Notes: generated from the letters alone by a model not told the origin. DNA of 64,000 nucleotides from Elusimicrobia bacterium GWC2_61_19 (GCA_001799795.1 MGUD01000018.1:2647-66646), one strand, 5' to 3'. Shown: positions 43,177-53,271, counted from the stretch's first letter. Made by a program: numbers and translations.

Positions 43177-44123
43177 AGACCGCCGTCGTCCTGCTGCTGG
43201 CCGCGCTGACGCTCGCCCCGGTTCACGCCGGGGCGCAGGAAACCGTCTCCTTCAAGATAACGCCGCCGCCGGGGAAAACGCGCCTCGCCGAGGTTTTCAA
43301 ACTGAAAGTGCAGGCGTCCTTCCCGGAGAAATACTCCGTACGCCCGGACACGGCCTCCTTCGAGGGGCAGGATTTCGGACTGCTCTCCTATTCGGGCTCG
43401 CCCGGCAAAGCCGCCGGCGGCCTGAAAACGGAGACCTTCGAACTGCGCCTGCAGGCGTTCACCCTGGGCGTGAGCACCTTCCCCGAGCTCACCTGGACGC
43501 TGTACGGCGCGGCCGCCGCCGCCTCGGCCAAAAGCCCCTCTTTTACGATGGAGATCCTGCCCGCTTTCGAAACCAGGCAGAACGAGGACATCCGCGATAT
43601 CTATCCGCCGTTCCGCTACTTTCCCTGGCTCTGGCTGCTGGCCGGCGCGCTGGCGGCGGCGGCGGGCTGGCTGCTCTACCGGCGCTTCAGGCGCGCTTCC
43701 GCCATTCTCGCGGCCGCGGCCTGGACCGACGCCAGGGCCCCCTACCGGCGCGCCAAGGACAGATTGGGCGGGGTGGAAAAGTCCGGCCTCGCGGCGGCCG
43801 GAAAAATGAAGGAATACTACAGCGGCCTCGCCGCGGTACTGCGCTTTTACCTGGTCGAGGAGTTTTCCATAAACGCCGACCTCATGACGACCTCCGCCCT
43901 GGCCCGCGAGCTGAAAAGGACCGGCACGGATATCAAGGCCACGCTGAAGGCGCGTGAATTCCTGCAGAAAGCCGACCTGGTAAAATTCGCCAGACTGAAG
44001 CCCGAGGACGCGCAGGCCGACGCGGCCGCGCTGGACGGACTGCTGACCGACTTCAACAGCGCCGCGGAGACGGCCCGGGCCGCCGCGCAAGCCGCGCGCC
44101 TGGCCGCGGAGAGAAAGCCATGA
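43173..44123 (+). CDS. Bat-operon membrane protein (BatD-like N-domain plus DUF4381-like segment)
   Basis: 4-nt overlap with the upstream gene. Signal peptide, then IRDIYPPFRYFPWLWLL followed by a TM helix, as in DUF4381 proteins of Bat operons. Confidence 0.6.
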   Translation: MKTAVVLLLAALTLAPVHAGAQETVSFKITPPPGKTRLAEVFKLKVQASFPEKYSVRPDTASFEGQDFGLLSYSGSPGKAAGGLKTETFELRLQAFTLGVSTFPELTWTLYGAAAAASAKSPSFTMEILPAFETRQNEDIRDIYPPFRYFPWLWLLAGALAAAAGWLLYRRFRRASAILAAAAWTDARAPYRRAKDRLGGVEKSGLAAAGKMKEYYSGLAAVLRFYLVEEFSINADLMTTSALARELKRTGTDIKATLKAREFLQKADLVKFARLKPEDAQADAAALDGLLTDFNSAAETARAAAQAARLAAERKP

Positions 44124-45106
44124 CGGTTTTCAAACACCCCCTGTTCCTGCTGCTGCTGCCGCTGCTGGGCGTGCTGGCCGGCCTCGCGCGCGCCCAGTCG
44201 GCGCGCCGCCTCAACTCCGCGCCGGTGCCGACGGGCCTGCCGGCCAGGGAAAGCCTGCGCTCGGTACTCTTCTCGCTGCTGCCTTTCTGGGGCAGGGTGC
44301 TGGCCATTACGCTGCTGATCTTCGCCCTGGCGCGCCCGCAGAAAGCCGCGCGCGGCGAGGCGCCGCCGTCGGAAGGCATAGATATAATGCTTACCCTGGA
44401 CACCTCCGGCAGTATGGCCGCCGAGGACTTCGCCCCTTATAACCGCCTGGAGGCCGCCAAGGCCGCCGCCGCCGCCTTCGTAAAGAAGCGCCATAACGAC
44501 CGCATCGGCGCGACCGTGTTCGGCGGCACCGCCCTGCTTACCTGCCCCCTGACCCTGGACTACCAGTCGGTACTGGAACTGCTGGACTCCACTTATCTCG
44601 ACATGACAAAAGCGGAGGGCACCGCGGTAGGCGACGCCATCATCACCGCCGTAAACCACCTGAAGGACAGCAAAGCCAAGAGCAAAGTCATAGTGCTGCT
44701 CACTGACGGCCGCTCCAACGTGGGCATGGTGACCGACCTCCCCCTGGCCGCCAGGACGGCGGCCGCCTACGATATCAAGATCTACACCATAGGCACGGCG
44801 GGCAAAGGCAGGGCGAAGGTTACCACCGGCGATCCGGCCCAGCCAGTGGTCTACATAGAAGAGGACCTGGACGAGCCGACCCTGCGCGAAATAGCCGGCC
44901 TCACCGGTGGGGAATTCTACCGCGCCAAGAATTACGCCGAGCTGGACAAAATCTATTCGAAGATAGACGCGCTGGAGAAAACGAAGTTCGAGGCGAAGAC
45001 CTATACCAATTATACGGACCTCTACCTGTATCTCCTGGCGCCGGCGCTGGCGCTGCTGGCCGCGCTGTACGTGCTGGAAAGAACTTATTTCAGGGTCATC
45101 CCGTAG
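44120..45106 (+). CDS. batA: VWA-domain membrane protein BatA
   Basis: N-terminal TMs, MIDAS motif LDTSGSM, a VWA fold pattern and a C-terminal TM. Confidence 0.8.
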   Translation: MTVFKHPLFLLLLPLLGVLAGLARAQSARRLNSAPVPTGLPARESLRSVLFSLLPFWGRVLAITLLIFALARPQKAARGEAPPSEGIDIMLTLDTSGSMAAEDFAPYNRLEAAKAAAAAFVKKRHNDRIGATVFGGTALLTCPLTLDYQSVLELLDSTYLDMTKAEGTAVGDAIITAVNHLKDSKAKSKVIVLLTDGRSNVGMVTDLPLAARTAAAYDIKIYTIGTAGKGRAKVTTGDPAQPVVYIEEDLDEPTLREIAGLTGGEFYRAKNYAELDKIYSKIDALEKTKFEAKTYTNYTDLYLYLLAPALALLAALYVLERTYFRVIP

Positions 45107-45111
45107 GGCTT

Positions 45112-46887
45112 ATGGATCTATTCAGATACCCTTCAATTTTACTCTGGGCGGCCGCGGCGCTGGCGGCCCTGCTCTTCTTCCGTTTCAAGGCGGAGGAAAG
45201 GCGCCTGGAGACGGCCCGCCTGCTGTTCGGCCCCGCGTTCGAGCGGCTTACCGCCGGGCCGGCCGCCGCCCGCAGGCGGCTGCGCGGACTGCTTTACATC
45301 GCGGCCCTGGGGTTCGCGGCGGCCGCCGCGGCCGGCCCGCAGTGGGGCGTGGAACTGACCCCGGTGACGGACCTGAAAGGGAACATTGTCATAGCTGTGG
45401 ACACGTCCCTGTCCATGGCGGCGCGCGACCTGAAGCCCAGCCGCCTGGAGAACGCCCGCCTGCTCCTGGGCGCCATAGCCGAGAAATTCTCCGACTACCG
45501 CATAGGCGTGGTGGCCTTCGCGGGCGAAGGTTACGTGCAGTGCCCGCTGACCACGGACCAGGAAGCCATCAGTTATTTCGCCTCCGCGCTCACGCCGGGC
45601 ATGCTGCCGGAGCAGGGCACCGACTTTTCCGAGGCCATCGCCACCACCCTTAAAATGCTGTCGCGCTACGGCGGGCAGAAGGTGATGGTGCTGATAACCG
45701 ACGGCGAGGACCACTCCTCGGTGCTGGACACGGCGCTAAAGGACGCGGCGGCGCAGAACCTGAAGATCTTTACCATCGGCATCGGCACCCCGGACGGGGA
45801 ACTGATCCCGATGAACGACTCGGCGGGCAACACCCTGGAGTATAAGAAGGACTCCGGCGGCAAGACCGTGGTCAGCCGCCTGGGCGAGGCCCAACTGATG
45901 AAGATAGCCAGCCGCACGGGCGCGGCCTACCTGCGCTACGCGGACCCCGACGCGGCGGCGGAAGAAATGCGCAAGGCCGTAAGCTCGCTCGACCTGGAAA
46001 AAAGCAAAGGCAAAGGCCGCGCCAATTTCAAGAACCGCTACCAGTGGCCGCTGGCTTTGGCCCTGCTCCTGCTTTTGATAGAATTAACGCTTATGGACAA
46101 GGGGTTCAGACTGGAATTCTCCTGGCTCCGTAAAGCCGCGGCGCCGCTGCCCCGCCGCATAGCTGCTGCCATAGCGGCGGCGGCGCTGCTGGGCACGCTG
46201 ACGGCCGGCCTGAACGCCGCGGACGGCGGGGCGCTGGCCAGGCAGGGCAATTCGGCCTACGACAAGAAGGACTGGCCCAAAGCTTTCGAATACTATTCCA
46301 GGGCGATGGAGAAAAACCCGGCGGACAAGCGCCTGGACTTCAATATCGGCGACGCGTTTTACCGCATGGAAGACTACGCCAAAGCGGGGGAGTTCTTCGG
46401 CCAGGCCGCGGGGGCGCCGAAGGTGGCCGCCAGGGCCTATTACAACCGCGGCAACGCGCTGTACCGGGCCGGCGACCTGCCCGGCGCCATAGCGGCCTAC
46501 CGCTCCGCGCTCACCCTGGCCCCCAAAGACGAGAACGCCAGGTTCAACCTGCAGAAAGCGCTCGAGCAGAAAAAAAAGAATTCCTGTAAAAACCCGAAAG
46601 AAGATAAGAAAGATAAGGACAAAAAGGACAAAAAGGACAAGAAGGACCAGGAGAAGAAGCAGCAGCCCCAGGACAAGAAAGACGACAAGCAGGACAAAGA
46701 AAAGCAGGAACAGGATAAAAAACAGGAACAGGAGCGGAAAAAAGCCGAAGCCAGGGAAAAAAGCCGCCAGATACTGGAAATGATGAAAGAAAAAGAAAAA
46801 GCCGCTGCCCGCGACCCGCAATCCGCCCAGCGCGCGCTGCGACAGGCCGGCAAGCCGCCGCCGCGGCCGAGGATGGAGGACTGGTGA
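45112..46887 (+). CDS. batB: Fused BatB (VWA) / BatC (TPR) protein with Lys/Asp/Gln-rich tail
   Basis: MIDAS motif VDTSLSM, mid-protein TM, TPR repeats (AYYNRGNALYRAGDLPGAIAAYRSAL), then KKDKDKKDKKDKKDQEKK... Confidence 0.75.
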   Translation: MDLFRYPSILLWAAAALAALLFFRFKAEERRLETARLLFGPAFERLTAGPAAARRRLRGLLYIAALGFAAAAAAGPQWGVELTPVTDLKGNIVIAVDTSLSMAARDLKPSRLENARLLLGAIAEKFSDYRIGVVAFAGEGYVQCPLTTDQEAISYFASALTPGMLPEQGTDFSEAIATTLKMLSRYGGQKVMVLITDGEDHSSVLDTALKDAAAQNLKIFTIGIGTPDGELIPMNDSAGNTLEYKKDSGGKTVVSRLGEAQLMKIASRTGAAYLRYADPDAAAEEMRKAVSSLDLEKSKGKGRANFKNRYQWPLALALLLLLIELTLMDKGFRLEFSWLRKAAAPLPRRIAAAIAAAALLGTLTAGLNAADGGALARQGNSAYDKKDWPKAFEYYSRAMEKNPADKRLDFNIGDAFYRMEDYAKAGEFFGQAAGAPKVAARAYYNRGNALYRAGDLPGAIAAYRSALTLAPKDENARFNLQKALEQKKKNSCKNPKEDKKDKDKKDKKDKKDQEKKQQPQDKKDDKQDKEKQEQDKKQEQERKKAEAREKSRQILEMMKEKEKAAARDPQSAQRALRQAGKPPPRPRMEDW

Positions 46888-48731
46888 GAACTATTTCCAC
46901 CCTTCTCCTGGCCATGACCCTGGCCGTCTGCGCCGCCCCGGCCCGCGCGGCCCTGTCCGTCTCCGCCGAGGTCGATCGCAATTCCGTGGAGATCAGCGGC
47001 AACCTCTACCTGACGGTGACCGTGTCGGGCGATTCCGCCAGCGTGCCGGACCCCAAACTGGCCAACATGCAGAACTTCAACGTCTACAGTTCCGGGCGCA
47101 GCCAGAGTATCTCCATCATAAACGGCAGGATCGCCACCTCCGTCACTTTCACCTATATCCTGACGCCGCGCTTCCTCGGCGTCCAGCGCATCCCGCCCAT
47201 CACCGTTTTTAACGGCAAGGAAAAAGCCGTGACCCCGGAAATACAGGTGACCGTCACAAAAGGCGGGCAGCAGGGCGCCGCGGCGCAGCCGACGGCCCAG
47301 CCCCAGCGCTCCTCCCACAGGCAGCCGACCAGGGCGGCCGCCCAGGGCGGGCCGCAGATCTTCGTAAAAGCGGAACCGGACAGGAGATCCGCCTACCCCG
47401 GCGAACAGATCAATCTCAGCATAAAATTCTACACCTCGGTGCCGCTCAGCTCTAACCCGCAGTACCTCCCGCCGACCTTCAAGAACCTGATCTCGGAAGA
47501 CCTGCCCCCGATACGCAGCGGCGAAACGGAGATAGGCGGCGTGCGCTACGCCTTCAGCGAGATCAGGACCGCCCTTTTCGCCCTGGCGCCGGGCGGCGCG
47601 GAAATACGGCCGCTTTCCGTGATAGCCCAGATCCCCTCCAACGAACCCGTGGACCCGTTCGACCCGAATTTCTTCCAGAACCTGATGGCCATGAGCGGGG
47701 CGCAGGGAAAAAGCCAGGAATTCACCACCGACATCATCCCCCTGACGATAAAGCCCCTGCCGCCCGGCGCGCCCGCCGACTTCGGCGGGGCGGTGGGGAA
47801 TTACACCATAACGGCCTCCGCCGACAGGTCCGAAGCCAGAACCGGCGAAGCCGTGAACTTTTCAATAGCCCTCAACGGCACCGGCAACCTGAAAGCCGTC
47901 ACCGCCCCTAAATTGCCGGACCTGGCGGATTTCAAAGTGTTCGACACCATGAGTTCCCTGGACATAAAGAAGGAGAGGGACATCATAAGCGGTAAAAAGA
48001 CCTTCACTTATATCCTGGTGCCGCGCGCGGAAGGCCGCAAAACGGTGCCGGCGGTGAAGTTCGCCTTCTTCGACCCCGCCGCCGCCGCTTACCGGGAGAT
48101 ACGTACCGAGCCCGTCGTGCTGCGGGTGGAAAAAGGCGCAGAAGGCGCCAAGAGCGTTTATTTCAATCAGGCCGCGCCCGGCGGTGGCGACGTAACACCC
48201 TCCGGGTCCGATATCCGTTACGTCAGCGAAAGGTCCGGCGCCGCCGCGTCGCCGCGCCTGGCCGCGCGTGTGACCGCCCTGCCCCTCTGGGCCCACGCCA
48301 TCCCGGCCGCCCTGCTGACGCTGGGCTTCTGGCTGGCCAGGTTCAACCGCTTTAAATCCGCCAACCCGCTGCTCTTCAGGTTCCGCCGGGCGCGCGCTTC
48401 GGCCTCCCGCGACATCGACGAGGCCGAGGCCCTGGTGAAAGCCGGCAGGAACAACGAAGCGGTCTCCCTGCTTTATGACTCTTTCATGGACTACCTGTCC
48501 GATAAGTGCGGCGTAAAAGTAAGCGCCCTCACCATGAAGAAGGCCGGCGACCTCATAAAGGAACGCTTCCCCGGCGTCGGGGACCGCGCCATGGAGGAGA
48601 TCCGGGAACTTTGGACGGCCCTGGAACTGCGCCATTTCTCGCCCGAGGCCGCCGGCGCGGAAGGCACGTCCGACCTGGCTAAGAAATACGCGCTGCTGCT
48701 GGAGCTGCTGGAGAAGGAGCTTAGGAAATGA
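46884..48731 (+). CDS. batD: BatD (oxygen-tolerance) protein
   Basis: Signal peptide, repeated Ig-like modules, late TM helix, and the expected position in the Bat operon. Confidence 0.7.
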   Translation: MRTISTLLLAMTLAVCAAPARAALSVSAEVDRNSVEISGNLYLTVTVSGDSASVPDPKLANMQNFNVYSSGRSQSISIINGRIATSVTFTYILTPRFLGVQRIPPITVFNGKEKAVTPEIQVTVTKGGQQGAAAQPTAQPQRSSHRQPTRAAAQGGPQIFVKAEPDRRSAYPGEQINLSIKFYTSVPLSSNPQYLPPTFKNLISEDLPPIRSGETEIGGVRYAFSEIRTALFALAPGGAEIRPLSVIAQIPSNEPVDPFDPNFFQNLMAMSGAQGKSQEFTTDIIPLTIKPLPPGAPADFGGAVGNYTITASADRSEARTGEAVNFSIALNGTGNLKAVTAPKLPDLADFKVFDTMSSLDIKKERDIISGKKTFTYILVPRAEGRKTVPAVKFAFFDPAAAAYREIRTEPVVLRVEKGAEGAKSVYFNQAAPGGGDVTPSGSDIRYVSERSGAAASPRLAARVTALPLWAHAIPAALLTLGFWLARFNRFKSANPLLFRFRRARASASRDIDEAEALVKAGRNNEAVSLLYDSFMDYLSDKCGVKVSALTMKKAGDLIKERFPGVGDRAMEEIRELWTALELRHFSPEAAGAEGTSDLAKKYALLLELLEKELRK

Positions 48732-49483
48732 TCCCGGCGAAAAAAGTCTTATTCCTTTTGCTGGCGGCGGCCGCCCTGCCCGCGGCCGCCTACGACCGCA
48801 GCGAACTGGCGGAATTCAACGACCTGTATAAGACCGGCCGCTACGAAGAGGCCCTTGAGGGCTACAGGAACATCATAGCGGCCGAGCCGGCCAACCCCTG
48901 GGCGTATTACAACGCCGGCAACGCCTTATTCCGCCTTAACCGCATGGGCCCGGCGGTCCTGAACTATTCCAGGGCCTTCATGCTGGACCCGCGCTCCGCC
49001 GATATCCGCGCCAATCTCGACTACGCGCTGCGCCAGACCGGGCAGACCCTGGCCCCGGACAATGTGCCCAAAGCCCTGCATTACATTTACTATCTCCTGG
49101 CCGAGCGGGAGATAAAGGCGGCCGCCATACTGCTGTTCTGGCTGGCCTGCCTGGCGGGGGCGGCCAGCTTCCTGTTCGACGGCGGCGGGGCCGGCCGGGC
49201 CGCGGGCAGCGTCTCGCTGACGGCGGCGGGCCTGCTGGTGCTGGCGCTGGCCTGGCTGGGCGCGCGGCAGACCTCTCCCTTCACCGCCGCCGGCGTGGCA
49301 GTAAAACCGGACGGCGCGCGCATGCTCAGCGGCCCAGGCGGGAATTTCAAGACCTACGCCTCGGCCCCGGAAGGCCGGCTGGTCAGGATCCTGGACGCCG
49401 CCGACGACAACTATTACGAGATAGGCCTGCCGCGCGAAGGCATAAAGGGCTGGGCGCTCAAGACCGACATCGAGAGATTATAA
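48728..49483 (+). CDS. batE: BatE-like TPR / SH3b protein
   Basis: TPR (WAYYNAGNALFRLNRMGPAVLNYSRAF), TMs, and a C-terminal SH3-like YYEIGLPREGIKGWALKTDI. Confidence 0.7.
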   Translation: MIPAKKVLFLLLAAAALPAAAYDRSELAEFNDLYKTGRYEEALEGYRNIIAAEPANPWAYYNAGNALFRLNRMGPAVLNYSRAFMLDPRSADIRANLDYALRQTGQTLAPDNVPKALHYIYYLLAEREIKAAAILLFWLACLAGAASFLFDGGGAGRAAGSVSLTAAGLLVLALAWLGARQTSPFTAAGVAVKPDGARMLSGPGGNFKTYASAPEGRLVRILDAADDNYYEIGLPREGIKGWALKTDIERL

Positions 49484-49493
49484 AGGAACTGCC

Positions 49494-49943
49494 ATGAAAA
49501 TTGCCGTCGCCGGCGATCACGCCGGATATCCCCTGAAAGCCCTCCTGCTGCCGTATCTGAAAACCCTGGGCCACGAAGTGACGGACCTGGGGACCGATTC
49601 GCCGGACCGGCCGGTGGACTACCCGGACTTCGCCGCCGCCGCCGCCAGGGAGGTCCTGGCCGGCCGCTCCGAGCGCGCCATAGTGGTCTGCGGCTCCGGC
49701 GTCGGCGCCTGCGTGGCTGCCAACAAGATAAAAGGCATCCGCGCCGGCCTCTGCCACGACACCTACTCGGCCCACCAGGCCGTGGAACACGACGACATCA
49801 ACGTGCTGTGCCTGGGTTCGCGGATCATAGGCCCGGCCGTCGCCTTTGAAATAACCGCGGCCTTCATGAACGCCCGCTTTTCCGGAGAAGCCCGGCACAC
49901 CCGCCGGCTGAAGAAAATAGAAGACCTGGAAAAAGGCGCCTGA
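49494..49943 (+). CDS. rpiB: Ribose-5-phosphate isomerase B
   Basis: MKIAVAGDHAGY...VVCGSGVGACVAANK...RHTRR pattern. Confidence 0.9.
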   Translation: MKIAVAGDHAGYPLKALLLPYLKTLGHEVTDLGTDSPDRPVDYPDFAAAAAREVLAGRSERAIVVCGSGVGACVAANKIKGIRAGLCHDTYSAHQAVEHDDINVLCLGSRIIGPAVAFEITAAFMNARFSGEARHTRRLKKIEDLEKGA

Positions 49944-52900
49944 TGCTCACCCCGGCCGACATCGCCAGGACCGGCCAGAGCCTCTGGCTGGACAACCTCC
50001 GGCGCGACTTCCTGCTGGACGGCACGCTGACCCGCCGCATGCGCGACTGGGCCGTCACCGGCCTCACCTCCAACCCCTCTATCTTCGAAAAAGCCCTGGC
50101 GGGCGAATTCTACGCGGGCCCGATCGCGACCCTGGCCGCCGCCGGCGCCGGCCCCGAAGAGATCTTCGAGACCCTGGCCGTGGAGGACATACAGCGCGCG
50201 GCCGACCTTCTTAAACCGATCCACCGGGACTCCGGCGGCCTGGACGGTTTCGTCAGCATGGAAGTCTCCCCGAAACTGGCCCGCGACGCGGCCCGCACCG
50301 AAACGGAGGGCCTGCGCCTGGCGGAGCGCGTCGGCCGCCGTAACCTGATGATAAAGGTCCCCGCCACCAGGGAAGGCCTGCTGGCGGGGGAGAACTTGCT
50401 TAAAAAAGGCGTCAGCGTAAATTTCACGCTTATCTTCTCGCTGGAGCGCTACCGCGCTGTCACCCAGGCCTACACGGCGGCCATGTCCTGGCGCGTGCGC
50501 AACGCCCTGCCCGTCGAGGGCGTCGCGTCCGTGGCCAGTTTCTTCGTAAGCCGCATAGACACGGAGACGGACAAGGCGCTGGGCGCCGTTACGGGCCGCA
50601 GCGCCGGAGAGGCCGGGAAACTCATGGGCCGCACGGCGGTGGCGAACTCCCTGCTGGCCTACCGGCTGTACAGGGAGCTTTTCTACAACCCTGGCTTCAA
50701 GGCCACGGGTATACCGCCGCAGCGCATACTCTGGGCTTCCACCAGCGTCAAATCCCCGGTCTATCGGCCGGCGCAGTATATGGAAGAACTGGCCCTCGAG
50801 GGCTCGGTCAACACGGCCCCCGAGGACGCCCTGGCCGCGTACTTCGCCGACGGACGCATAAACAGGGCGCCCCTGGCGGGCCGCTACGCCGCCGCGGAGG
50901 CCCACTTCGCGCGCCTGAAGGCGCTGGGCCTGGATTTCGGCAGGATACTCGCAGACCTTGAGATTGACGGGATAGACAAATTCGCCAAGTCTTACGACGG
51001 GTTGCTGGCGGGCATAGCGCAGAAAGAGAATGCCGCCCGCCGACAGGAGGACCACATGCAGACGACACTACCGCAGACGAACAGCACGGCCGCTTTCAAA
51101 AAGCTGGCCGACATGGACTTTGCCGCCAGGCTCTGGAAAAAAGATCCCGGCCTCTGGAAAAAGGACGAGGCCGGCAGGAAATACATCTCCGGCGCGCTGG
51201 GCTGGCTGGACATCCCTTTCAAGATGCTGCCCAAGGTGAAAGAGATCCAAAGCTTCGCCGAGGAGGTCCGCGAGGACGGCTTCACGCACGTGGTGCTGCT
51301 GGGCATGGGCGGTTCGAGCCTGGCCCCGGAAGTTATCCGCACCGTGTTCCAGGACGCCGAATATCCCGAACTGCTGGTGCTGGACACCACCGACCCGGTG
51401 TGGGTGGCCTACGTGCGCGCCCGGATAGACCTTAAACATACCCTGTTCCTTTTCGCCAGCAAATCCGGCGGCACCATCGAGCCGTCCAGCCACTTCAAGT
51501 ATTTCTGGGGCCAGCTCAAGACCGCCGGCGTCAAGGCCCCCGGCGCCAACTTCATGGCCGTCACCGACGCGGGCACGGGCCTCGAGAAACTGGCGAAGGA
51601 AAAGGGGTTCCGCAAGGTCTTCATAAACCCCTCGGACATCGGCGGACGCTTCTCGGCCCTGTCCTACTTCGGCCTGGTGCCCGCGGCCCTGTGCGGCGCC
51701 GACATCGGCCGCCTGCTGGAGCGCGCCATCAACGCCGCCAGCCTGTGCAAGCTCCCCGAAATAGAGAAGAACCCCGGGGCGCTGCTGGGCGCGCTGATGG
51801 GCTCTTTCGCGCTGGAAGGCCGCGACAAGCTTACGCTGGTGATGCCGGAAAAATTCAAATATCTCGGCCTCTGGGTGGAACAGCTGGTGGCGGAAAGCAC
51901 CGGCAAGGAAGGACGCGGCATAACCCCCGTCTGTCTGGAACCGCTCATGGAGCCGGATAAATACCAGGCCGACCGCTTTTTCGTCTACACCAGGATGGAG
52001 GGAGCGGTCTCCAAGAACGACGAGGCCCGCCTTGAAGCCCTGAAGAACGCCGGGCACCCGGTCTACACCATAAACGTAAAAGACCCCTACGACCTGGGCG
52101 CGGAGTTCTTCCGCTGGGAAGCCGCCACCGCGGCGGCGGGGGCGCTGCTCGCGATAAACCCCTTCGACCAGCCCAACGTGCAGGAGGCCAAGCTCCTGAC
52201 CATGAACGTCCTGGCCAAGCTCTCGCAGAAGGGGAAGAAACCCGCGGCCGCGAAACCCTGCTTTTCCTCCGACCGCGTGGACGTTTACGCCTCCCGCGCC
52301 ATCAGCGACCCTAAAAAGACCGTCTCCGGCTACGACGACGTGTTCTGGACGGTCTTTACGGCGCTGGAGAAAAAAGAGTATATCGGCCTGCTGGCTTACC
52401 TGCCGGACGACCCCAAGGTGGCGGAGGGCCTGCGCAAACTGCGCGCGGCCTTTACGCTCTACACCTCGTCAGCCTGCACGCTGTCCTACGGGCCGCGCTA
52501 CCTGCATTCCTCCGGCCAGCTGCACAAGGGCGGCCCGGACAACGCCGTCTTCCTGATATTGACCAGCCAGGCCAAAAAAGATATAGTCATACCTGGGGAA
52601 AAATACACATTCGGGCAGTTGGAAACCGCTCAGGCATTGGGCGATTTCGAAGCCCTCGATTCCAAGAACCGACGCGTTTTGAGACTGCACCTTAAACACC
52701 CCCTGGACAAGTCCCTCGCTTACCTGAGCGAACGGATAGCCAGGGTCGGCAAAACCGGGGAGGCCCCCGGGACTGCCCCACAAGCGGAGGAAAGCGAAAT
52801 GCTTAAGTTAGCCGTGAAAAAAACCACAAACAATAAGACCGCCAAGACCAGGCTCACCAACACCGAAGAATACGTTGTTGTTGACCACCCGAAAAACCTG

Positions 52901-53128
52901 GAGACCATCACCTCCAGGCATTATTCGGTGCGCATAGGCGCCAGCGACTGCACGGGCGTCGACATTTCCGTCAACGACCAGCCCTGGCAGCCCTGCAGGC
53001 ACGCCGTAGGCTACTGGTGGTTCGACTGGAATAATTTCCAGACCGGCACCCATCAGCTGGTGGCCCGCATGCACACGCGCAAAGGCGAGTACCTGATCTC
53101 CAAGCGCCGCCGCTGCAAAGTAGTTTAA
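49943..53128 (+). CDS. Fused transaldolase / glucose-6-phosphate isomerase with extra C-terminal beta-domain
   Basis: The N-terminal ~360 aa look like transaldolase (QSLWLDNLRRD, MIKVPAT). The middle ~580 aa look like PGI (LLGMGGSSLAPE, FASKSGGTIE, GRFSALS). The last ~100 aa form an unrelated Trp/Cys-containing domain. Confidence 0.8.
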   Translation: MLTPADIARTGQSLWLDNLRRDFLLDGTLTRRMRDWAVTGLTSNPSIFEKALAGEFYAGPIATLAAAGAGPEEIFETLAVEDIQRAADLLKPIHRDSGGLDGFVSMEVSPKLARDAARTETEGLRLAERVGRRNLMIKVPATREGLLAGENLLKKGVSVNFTLIFSLERYRAVTQAYTAAMSWRVRNALPVEGVASVASFFVSRIDTETDKALGAVTGRSAGEAGKLMGRTAVANSLLAYRLYRELFYNPGFKATGIPPQRILWASTSVKSPVYRPAQYMEELALEGSVNTAPEDALAAYFADGRINRAPLAGRYAAAEAHFARLKALGLDFGRILADLEIDGIDKFAKSYDGLLAGIAQKENAARRQEDHMQTTLPQTNSTAAFKKLADMDFAARLWKKDPGLWKKDEAGRKYISGALGWLDIPFKMLPKVKEIQSFAEEVREDGFTHVVLLGMGGSSLAPEVIRTVFQDAEYPELLVLDTTDPVWVAYVRARIDLKHTLFLFASKSGGTIEPSSHFKYFWGQLKTAGVKAPGANFMAVTDAGTGLEKLAKEKGFRKVFINPSDIGGRFSALSYFGLVPAALCGADIGRLLERAINAASLCKLPEIEKNPGALLGALMGSFALEGRDKLTLVMPEKFKYLGLWVEQLVAESTGKEGRGITPVCLEPLMEPDKYQADRFFVYTRMEGAVSKNDEARLEALKNAGHPVYTINVKDPYDLGAEFFRWEAATAAAGALLAINPFDQPNVQEAKLLTMNVLAKLSQKGKKPAAAKPCFSSDRVDVYASRAISDPKKTVSGYDDVFWTVFTALEKKEYIGLLAYLPDDPKVAEGLRKLRAAFTLYTSSACTLSYGPRYLHSSGQLHKGGPDNAVFLILTSQAKKDIVIPGEKYTFGQLETAQALGDFEALDSKNRRVLRLHLKHPLDKSLAYLSERIARVGKTGEAPGTAPQAEESEMLKLAVKKTTNNKTAKTRLTNTEEYVVVDHPKNLETITSRHYSVRIGASDCTGVDISVNDQPWQPCRHAVGYWWFDWNNFQTGTHQLVARMHTRKGEYLISKRRRCKVV

Positions 53129-53132
53129 AGAG

Positions 53133-53192
53133 GGGGACGCTCTTAGTTAATTAGTTTTTGCACTCAAAAACTAATTAACTAAGAGCGTCCCC
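53133..53192. repeat. Perfect 27-bp inverted repeat (AT-rich core) with 6-nt loop
   Basis: ggggacgctcttagttaattagttttt (53133-53159), gcactc loop, then the exact reverse complement (53166-53192). A T7 run lies at 53202-53208. Confidence 0.9.
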
Positions 53193-53271
53193 TAAGCCGT
53201 CTTTTTTTGTGGAGCTGATCTAGCCCCAGTTAAAGGCGGCTTTTTCTATTATTGTGTAGAATACTGCCTAT

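Noticed and set aside
46084-47318. Minus-strand ORFs and apparent short tandem repeats; possible CRISPR or repeat array
   Set aside because: The periodicity is 9 nt and sits inside the Lys/Asp-rich coding tail of BatB/C. There is no repeat-spacer architecture and there are no cas genes. The antisense ORFs translate to Phe/Leu low complexity.
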